From assembly GCA_051362555.1 (NCBI GenBank), contig CM120645.1:8432001-8496000 (forward strand): DNA of 64,000 bases. The letters run 5' to 3'. The position numbers and the translations under genes were made by a program. This stretch comes from Lingula anatina. Lineage: Eukaryota; Animalia; Brachiopoda. Below, one piece after another: positions 54,501 through 64,000 of the stretch; the stretch's first letter is position 1, and each line of letters starts with the position of its first letter. Below the pieces are notes generated by a model. It was not told the DNA's origin, made no database searches, and saw only the letters and a program-made list of their open reading frames with translations.

Positions 54501-57500
54501 AAACAACAATAAACAAAAATTATAATCTATATAAAACTTGAATGGGTCAAGTCTAAGAAAATTAACCTCCTTCTGTGACAGTTCATCTTTTTCTTATTTA
54601 AATCTATTCATCTTCATTAATTATTTATTTTATTTATCTATTTCAGTAGCAAAATGGTACCTTTGGAATGTGTTTCAGTTTTCTTGCCTCGTATCCATGT
54701 AACATCTGTTTTTGCCTCACGAGGTACTTTGCCAGGGTGAACTCTGTTGCCTCTGACCCCCTGGATACAAAAACATTTACAAGTGGACACAATCAGAAAT
54801 AACAAATATTTAGATTTCCTATGAACTTTCAATCATTCAATTAGATTTTCTGTACATTGTCACCAGTTTTTTTTCCCTTGGTGAAATAACCCTGGTAAAT
54901 CTATTTCATCAAATAACCAGTAAACTGTAATTTGTGTTCAAACCACTAGAATTTTTCAATGTAATTACAGTGACCAGTAAACCTGATGCATATTCATTTA
55001 ATAACCAAAATTTCCTGTATACTCACAGGGTTGCATAAATTATTCTTCTGGGTACTAAGTAATCAGCAAATTCTTGAATACACTTTATCTGGCCGGAAGT
55101 TTGAATGGCATTGGGACTGGAAGACAAAAATTTGCTGTAAATTATTAAATTGTTTAAAATGACATTAAGTATGTTGCATTCTTAGTTAATTGTGTATTTC
55201 TTCAGTCTGGTTGATGTCATTTATTTCACCAGTTAGTGTTCACTGAAAATGTCAGTTTACCACCAAAATGGTTCTGGGAATATTAAAAAATTTAGATTGA
55301 AACAAAAAAAAGTTGCAATCTAATTAATTCTGTAGTCTGTAACAGATACAGATTCATAAGTCACAGGGAATAGGACAGGAACAGGAGCCCCCCCCCCGAC
55401 CCACTTGTGGGTCAAGTTTTCCTCTATATTATACACAATAACATGCATTGTATAGAGTCTTGTGTGCATGCACTGCATCATCATATATAATATCCATAGG
55501 ATATCACCATATGTATGAAGTTATGATATACTTGTACACTTTATATGCAATGTTTATATGGAGAGCCTGCAAAGCACATGTCACTTTCAATAAGTAATTT
55601 CTGGTTGGCGAAGTTTCAGAAGATGTGAGGGATTTTTCATTCTGCCTTCACTCTGAGAGAAGCCAGAATGCCAATCACATTCTGAATGTCATTACGTGTG
55701 TCATTAGGAAGGCCTGTAAGCCATATTTGCTACAGTCTGCTAAGAATAGAGCATACACTGCTTACCGTTTTAATCTTACAAACTGGATGGCTTCGTCAGC
55801 CTCTATTCTGTTGTTAAAGACCAGAAAACAGGCTATCAGCACTCCAGTGCGCCCTGAAATAACAAAACACATACTGTGTGAGAAAAGCACTGAACCCAAA
55901 TACTTTTTAAAGTAATACTTTTTAAATACAAATTTTAAAGTTTTAAAAAACTGAAATGTTGTCTTAAACATCAAAGCAATAGTTACCACTACTTAAACAA
56001 CAACCTTAAAAGTGAGGCAATTCTTGCAAAAAGCACATGACAATAAAACAAAACATCTTTCACATGTGCCACCTAAGTACACAGGGGCTCTCACTGAATG
56101 CAATTAGGTTATTTAACATACAAATACACCTCCCTCTGGCATTGAGTAATATACACAAAAGCTGCAAATTATTTGTCAACGACTACATTGGAAACAAGTG
56201 GAGAGTACAGGTATCTGACTTCGAACAGCAGTTTTGTTTAACTCCTTTATTCTTTGAGGCCAAACATGTTCATTTGTTCTGTTTAATTGTAATATACAGT
56301 GGGTATTAAAATGGGCCACAGGTTTATACAAACATATTTATTCTGCATACCTAGCCCTGCGTGGCAGTGTATGGACACCTTGCCTTGGGAAACTGCAAAC
56401 TGCATCACCTTCACCATGTCCAAGATGGTAGACATGGAGGCCACACCATAGTCCTTCCTATTGAATTTTGAATGGGCAGGTAAAATTAAAATTTTTATTC
56501 CATAAGGTTTAAGTATTTCAAAATTGCTGAAATAGTTCTGATTGAGTAGTTCAATATAATAATTACTGTGAATTATCTAAAACAAAATTTTCACAAAAAA
56601 AGACCAAATTTAATATTGATTGAAACATCCAACAGTTCTTAAATGACAAAAATTAAGTACTGCTTGTTATTTTGCAAGGATAACATCTCTTAATATTCAT
56701 TATTATTGGGAAATTTTTAAAATTATATACTTGAGAACATAAAACACATTAGAAAATTGAAGTTACGCAGAAAAGTGAATTCTGTTATTTGATGCATATA
56801 TTAGGCCTGTGAATTAATACCTTTAAGACAAACTTACCATCCAAAGTTGTAAAAGAAAACTGAAAAAAAAAGAAATAGAATGTTAATTAATAAGTTTTGA
56901 TTTACTTTGAAATTTTTCCTTTGACTGTCTCAACCAGTTAACTGTTGCCCAAAATTTATTCATATTGTACGACAAAATAAATTAATAAATATACAAGTTA
57001 ATGAAGGATGCTATACTAAATTAAATTTTCTTCTTGTGATACTAATTCTAATACTTCACAGGATTCAAAAGTCACAATTCACATAAATGCACCACTTTTG
57101 TCCCTGAATCATTATGGACAACCTTGAATGAGAAATGCTCAGATTTTAGATTAATTCACATACCTGATCAGAACAACATATCATTCACAAATTGAGTTTC
57201 AATCCTTTTGAGAAATAAAAAAAATCCCAGATTTTATAAACTGATTCACATACAACACACAATTCACAATTCAGGTTTCACATACTGCCTTTGTCCATGA
57301 ACTCCTGTGGGTCGTATGAAAATCCCAGACTATGCAACCCATATCCGCAGCTTGCATGTTCCCCAGGCTTCTGTAGATTGATAATGGACTTGATGCCAGC
57401 ACTGTTTAATATAAATATTAAGTACACCAATTATACATATGTTATATCTATTAAATAATTATAACTGAATATATGATAATTATAATATTTGGACTAATTA

Positions 57501-60500
57501 TTCACTCATATAAAAGAAAGGTGTGTCTAATGTCCTTACCAATTTCATATCAGATTCCGTAAAAACTTTAATTTTAACTAGACTGCAACTGGCTGAAGCC
57601 AGTGGCGGAGGATTCCCCTGCAAAATAGGGGTGGAATGACCTTGAAGAAAAGGATCAATTACAAGGCCATGTGCTAAATCTGATGCCATATCCTGAAAGG
57701 GGGGCAACAAAACATCACTTTTAGCCCACTTCAATATTTCTCCATGAAATAGCCGAATGACCTTGAAAATGAGGGTCAAGGTCAAATTTGACACTTGATT
57801 TGGGGGTGTTGGGTATATGTTTGGGGTAGTTTACCATAGCATGTTATCACAAAAAATCAATATTTCATGAAGAAATTGACAAAGTCACTATTTCTGTGAA
57901 ATTATTAATATTTAAAAATCTATATTAAAAAAACTAATCAGTCAATTGTCAATATTATTAGATACTGCACTGGATAGATATCTAGGGCAACTTTTTACAT
58001 CAACCTTGTGGCTCTGTGACATCTGGTTTACCCCCTGCCGAGTGTCAACCTCCTGGAGCATATTTTGCAATAGGTTGACCTTGACCTGACCTACTTTCCT
58101 AAAATTACATCACTTGATATAGAATTATTGTGTGACCTCACCTGTGAAAGGATTTGTCAAAATGTTGAAAATTCTAGGAGATATTGCATTTTGAAATTTG
58201 CAAAAATTTCACTTTAAAAGGCTCTGTGACCTTGAAAATTAGGTCAAGGTCAAAAAATTGGGTGGACCGGAATAACTTTTCATAGGCTATCAGTATGAAT
58301 TTTTTCAGAATTTTAGAAAGAAATTTTTTTGACGAAAAATAAGAAGAAGAAGAAGAAGAACAGGAAAAACAATAGTATCCTAATAAGTTAAACATAAAAA
58401 TATGATACCCACTCATTAAACTTTTCAAGAAGATCATGCTTCTGCATATTAGTGCTGTTAGGGCGAGCCATGGCAAGAATATTTTCTGTCACCCTGTAAT
58501 AAAAAGAAAAGTTCTTAATCTACACAGTGACTCAAAAAGTAAGATATATTCAAAATCTCATTTTCAAGCTTGTTTAATAATTGAAACATGATTATAAAAA
58601 TAAATAAATATTATTAAGTAAATAAAATGAAATAATTGCCACCTCTTTTTCTGTCCCAATATTCAATTATAAGACAAATGTACAAGTGATATGCACAACT
58701 ACCGGTAGCATTTCTTGACAGTCTTGTTGAACATTTGAGGTCGTTGAAATGATGAAACAAAATATCCTGAAATTATTGGCATCATAATACTTAATTCACA
58801 TTAAATTACTTGAGTTGTAGACATATAAAAGTTAAAATAATAATAATAATAAATTCATCCCACAAAACAACAGGTGAAAGTTATGTTATTACTATGCATC
58901 TATTAATTTTTTTCATGATGTCACAGTGTTTTGTTTTTCATTATGTGTTTTTCTTATGTGAACATGATCAACACAGACATTGTGACAATTCTTTGATGAT
59001 TCATCTACCATATAGAAAACAATATCAAAACTGTCGAGAAATGTTTCATGTTTAACCCTGCAGAATTTTCACCACTCAACAAGCAAACAAAAAACCAAGG
59101 CAACCACATACCCTATTACTTGGCTTCAATCAGAAAGAATTTATATATATTGATTTTTCCATCTTAACCTTACACAGGGATCATTTCTTTGGTTATCTAG
59201 AAATTCCAAGTTGTGTTTGTGTAAGGACAGAATCTAAAATCATTTATCAAAACTTAATCAAGAATGTAATTATTAATTAAAGAGACAGAAAAACACTTTA
59301 CACCTCTGGCCGTATGTTATTGATTTTCTTGCCCATTTGATACATTGGTACAGCCTTATGTAACTGTAACTGAGCATAAAAGTACCCTTTAAATAGTACC
59401 TTTTAGTAAAATAAACAGAAAATCAAGAAAAACAATCATATCATTGGCTGTCAAGTACCATTCTGTACCAATGAATTTTCTCATTATAAATATATTTCTA
59501 GGTTCTAGATTCCGGTATTGCCAGCTCGATCTTGATTTCATATATAACCCATAGTAGCGAGTCCACCACAAGGTATATTTAGCAAGCTAGCTTTTACGTT
59601 GCTCTGACACTCAGGGTAATACCGGTATATATGGGACTCGCTCAAAAAGATTCATTTTTGTTTTGCTGTGAAAAAATATTGTTTCCTGTTTGGTACATGT
59701 ACCTTTAATAGTCAGTAAACAAACCCAATTATCTCCCAAAACAGAAAACACCCAAAGAACACAGACCTCTGACAAGAAAAAAAGCAACAAAGAGTTATTT
59801 ACGAAAAATCAGACTTGGTTTAAGTTGAAAAAAGTAATTTCGCCTCTATCCCTCTTGAATATAATTGTCTATCCTTAAAATTGCACCAAATCTTGCAAAC
59901 GAAGTAGTTTTTACAACCACATCAATAATCATCTCTAAAAGCCAAACTGATAAAGATGAATACATAACCCCCTTTGTTGGTAGACAAAGGTACAAAATGT
60001 AACTTCCTTTATGACAGGTAACAGCATTTTGTGCTGACAACATTATTGATTTTTTGTCCCTGGGCCCATGTTGTGTTTCAGTATATGTGGAACCATTTGA
60101 TTTAGTTACCATATATGTCACATGTTCATGCTGACAATCAGACTATTCAAACTGACTGACAGAAAATTAATAGATCAACCAATCTGCCAATCAATCAATT
60201 AATTAATCAATCATCAAGCCATCCAACAATGGATCAGTTGGTTAATCAAACAAACAATAGGGGAGTCAGGACTAGTTGGACCCCGGGGTAAGTAGCCCCC
60301 CCCCCCCCCCCAATCAATTTATGACAAAGTAACTATGGAGTAAAAGAATTGATCACATCCTTTTGTAAAGTGACCATATCCAATAGTGCTAAGAAAGCGT
60401 CGGCAGCCAGTCCAAATGAAATAATTTAGCATCTTTAAGTAACTTCATTAAAGAGACTTGATGGGGGGCCAACTTACCCCGGGGTCCAACTAGCCCCAGT

Positions 60501-60710
60501 CTCCCTTACCAAATAAAGGTACAAGGGCAGAGATTACTATTTACCAGTGAGAAAAGAGCCCTGTGATTGCCATCTCGTCCTCTTTCCAGAATGTGTCCGA
60601 TTCGTACTTGCACTTCTGTCCTCCACAGAACATGGAGCACATCTTCTCCTCCGAGATCGTGCCACGGATTTTGTTAGAAAAGAAACCATACTTGGATTTT
60701 GGTTTCAGTG
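51554..60710 (-). CDS. PTPDC1: Protein tyrosine phosphatase domain-containing protein 1 (start exon not identified)
   Basis: Exons 60545-60710, 58413-58493, 57286-57401, 56838-56859, 56351-56457, 55766-55853, 55027-55116, 54661-54760, 53620-53988, 53117-53218, 52172-52255, 51554-51913, all phase-compatible. Motifs: CSMFCGGQKCKYE, WVTENILAMARP, GIKSIINLQKPGEHASCG, FYNFGWKDYGVAS, catalytic HCHAGLGRTG, RPNAIQT, QKQMLHGYEARKLKHIPK. Confidence 0.95.
57574..58382 (-). mobile_element. Helentron/HINE-like element of a different family in a PTPDC1 intron
   Basis: Begins aactag followed by the hairpin actggc-tgaa-gccagt (a 3' terminus read in reverse). It has tgaccttgaa/ggtcaaggtca motifs and a (gaa)n tract near the other end. 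Confidence 0.55.
60260..60506. mobile_element. Tc1/mariner-type MITE with TA target site
   Basis: ta|ggggagtcaggactagttggaccccggggtaagt...acttaccccggggtccaactagccccagtctccct|ta; ~40-bp imperfect TIRs. Confidence 0.8.
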
Positions 60711-63107
60711 CTAGAGGATAAAGCAAATAATAATGATAATAATGATAATAATAATAATAAAAAGAAATAATAATAATAATCCAATCGCAATGTTTTTAAC
60801 AGAAATGTGTTTTAATGCTGTAAACTATTCTTATAAATCTTAAAATAATAAGTAAGATATTTTCCCAATGTAGTGCTTTATTAAAATAAGAAAAGTGCAC
60901 CAGAATGGCAATGGCAGTAGCACACGAGTATTATGGCTTAATATGTCTAGACACATATAGCGCCTCTCCAGAAGAATATTTGAACACAATTTTAATTAAT
61001 ATCTTTTTCATTGAATCACAAATAAGAGGAAATATGCCTTTGTTAAAAATCTAGGTTACATATCAAAAGACAAACAAACATGACCTAATTTGCACTTTCG
61101 TTTCCCTCTCTAGAAGAAAAAAACCAATGTAACTGTTGTATCAAAACGTAAATATTAAGGAAAGACAAACATGCCACATTTCTGAAATGAAAAGTCAATT
61201 TGAAAGTAAAAAATCTAACATGACCTTGCTGAAATAAACTGCATGTTTCACATTTTGCTAGGGAATTTCTACAAAATAAGCACACCTTATGAGTACAGTA
61301 ATAATAGGACATGCTTTTAAATAATTAAATCAACAAATGCAATGATTAATGCATAATATATTATTTATATACATAAACAATTACACCCTACCACTTCCAA
61401 CAGCAACTCCCATGTTTCAACATGTAGCTCAGACCGTTGCCTTTCCATATAACTCACAAATCAACATGTCTACATGCTCAGTTCACCTGCTAAAACCAAG
61501 GAAGCTTGAAGCTACCTATTTATCAAAATGAAGGACAACTACATTAAACATGACCTTTAGTTTACAACCGGGACTGTCTCAAGAAATTGATTTGTTTGTT
61601 TATTTGACTGTGCGATATTGAAAGTACCGGGAACATGTAGGTATGCTCACTGTTCTATAATTAATGTTACACTAATAAAATAATAATTAATTACAATAAT
61701 TTGGAAATGAGTACAATCAATAAACAGGGATTGACATTAAGGGTTGGGTGGTTGTGTTTTACAACTCAGGCAACCAAATCTTGACCAGCAGCTGCCCGAC
61801 AATGCATCCGATTCCATTTTGAATATTTTTTTTATTTATTGTACTAAATGTAGGTTTTACAGCGTGTTTTATGGGATTGGCTCCTCTGGACAATGTGTGC
61901 AGTAGTTTTTTGTGTTGATTATAAGATAGCATACAGAGTATATATTAAATTTTCTGTACTCTTTTTGTAAAAAAAGCAGAGAAACTGGCAAAACCTTTTA
62001 TTTGGCATTCTTTTTGAATCTGAGATACCAGTTAAAATAAAGTTTTTTCATTGCATGCTAGGTAACCTCCCTCCCCAGGGGAATTTTTTTTAAATCTGGT
62101 ACAGCAACCAAACCGCTGGACCTGGTTGCATTCAGTAGCTACTAACTGAAAAAATAATGTCCAGCACTGCATAAGGGTCTGCAATAGACTTCATACCAAT
62201 AAAATACATGACTGTTCTGTTAAATAAACATTAATCATTGCCTGATAACTTGGATTATCATTTATCTTAAACAATCCTTATGAAATGGATTTTTTCTTTG
62301 ATATTAGATGAAATTAACTCAAATCTTGGAACTATGAACAAATTTTTAGTTCTCAGAGTGTCAGAGTATTGCATATACATGTAAGCCTGTTGTACTTGCA
62401 TATACTAAACGTAATATACTACATGTAAACATTCACAGACCATATCATACTAACTATGGATCGATCTATCTTCCAGGAGATTCTCACTAGATTGCAATCA
62501 ACTTAAGCAGCTTAGATGCCTGTCATACCTACTAAAGCTGATAGGGGGTAATTATTTATCATTCAGCAGCTTCAACAGGCTTGTCAGACATTTTAAGTTG
62601 CTTAAGCTGAAAGCTATTTAGCAAGAGACCCCTCGGTGATGGATTGATCCTGTGAGATATATCTAGATATGGGAACCCAGTCATAGAGTTAAGTACATAT
62701 TCTTACTTGAAGCTGGAGTCCAATGGTTAAGAAGAATAGTTAAGTGCAGTGAAGGATATTTGGATCACAATAAATTAATAATCAACCTCTTTTACGCATA
62801 TCCTTTTCTGGTTGTTTCAAAAAATCAATTTCCAGGAAAAACAACGTAGTTTTTCTTTAGGCCAAAGAACTGTCTTCACTATGGCAACAGCCCGTTAATA
62901 TCGGCAGTGCTAGGTGACCTGCACTAATGGTATAAGTCCTGAATATACTAATTGCCTGAAATAACCCTGTTACAGTTCAGTATACACACATACACACACA
63001 CACACACACACTCACACACACACACACACACACGTTACAGAAATGGTTCTAATGTGTATTTATTTTTCTTTTCATGTAATGGAAGTTTTCTCCTGCAGAG
63101 ATGCCTG

Positions 63108-64000
63108 TGTACCATGAAAATCTGACTCCCCTAAAATGTGACTCCCCAGTCAGATTTTCATTATGAAAATCTGACTCCCCAGTCAGATTTTCATAATGAA
63201 AATGTGACTCTCCCTATGAAATTTTGACTCCCCCCAAAAAAACATCCATTAATCTTATTTTATTTGAGTAAATGACTATGATTTTGTAGTATGCATAATG
63301 GATGATACATTGGCACTTTTTTGTAGTTTGAAGGTGAAAATTTTCATTAAAAAAAAAGAAAAATTAAAAATGTGCACATAATGAAAATGTGGTTCCCCTA
63401 TGAAAATTTGACTCCCCCTCCACAAAACTTCATAAATCTTATTTTATTTTGAGTATATGACTGTGATCTTGTATTATGTAAAATGGTTGATACATCAGCA
63501 CATTTTTTGTAGTTTGCACATAAAATTTTAATGAAAAAATGAGAAAATTAAAAATGTGCACATAATGAAAATCTGACTCCCCCATGAAAATAGGTCCTTT
63601 TCCCCATGGGAGTCCAAATCTCATGGGTGTAAAAATAAAGATTTTCATGATTTCTGTTCATGCTTTCACTATTTTATCATCAAACCTTTAAATGTTTCCA
63701 ATATATTTTTCATAAAGTATCCTAAAAGAAAAGGTGTCATCAAATATTAAATAACTTTTTCATCGGGGAGACAATAGGCGATTAAGTGGACATTTTTAAT
63801 TTCCTTATTTTTTCATGAAAATTTTCACCTGCAAATTACAAAAAAGCGCCAATGTATCCTCCATTTCACATACTACAAGATCACAGTCACATACTCAAAA
63901 TAAAATAAGATTTATGAAGTTTTGTGGAGGGGCAGTCATATTTTGATGGGGGAGTCAGATTTTCATTATGTGCTCATTTTTAATTTTCTTATTTTTTCAT
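63108..64000. mobile_element. DNA transposon-like repeat with multiple aaatctgactcccc subrepeats and large inverted arms, running off the window
   Basis: Many direct and inverted copies of tgaaaatctgactcccc. 63860-64000 is the reverse complement of ~63350-63490. Confidence 0.7.

Noticed and set aside
60711-64000. PTPDC1 first coding exon
   Set aside because: No convincing ATG exon with a phase-1 donor was identified; it may be very short or outside the window.

Overview
AT-rich, intron-rich metazoan (probably marine invertebrate) genomic DNA; the organism cannot be named from sequence alone. Manual splicing, with every junction checked for GT/AG and phase, gives five protein-coding genes: (1) an NFIL3/E4BP4/vrille-like bZIP factor (minus) with D-box, RORE and E-box motifs upstream; (2) a complete 12-exon ZMYND10 (minus); (3) a FASTK-family RAP-domain gene (plus), head-to-head with ZMYND10; (4) a gene of at least 10 coding exons (plus, 31315-45365) that the ORF track only fragments, encoding a ZNF451-type PIN/NYN-like nuclease domain with intact acidic motifs, an ADAR2/NF90-like dsRNA-binding domain, a long acidic tract and a C-terminal variant CCHC zinc knuckle; (5) PTPDC1 (minus, 5' exon not located). 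Gene 4 is the best candidate for an undescribed system: a possible dsRNA-directed ribonuclease. Non-coding DNA holds many MITE-like elements, Helentron/HINE-like elements (one carrying a 146-bp tandem array) and microsatellites. Family calls come from motif recognition by eye, not database searches.
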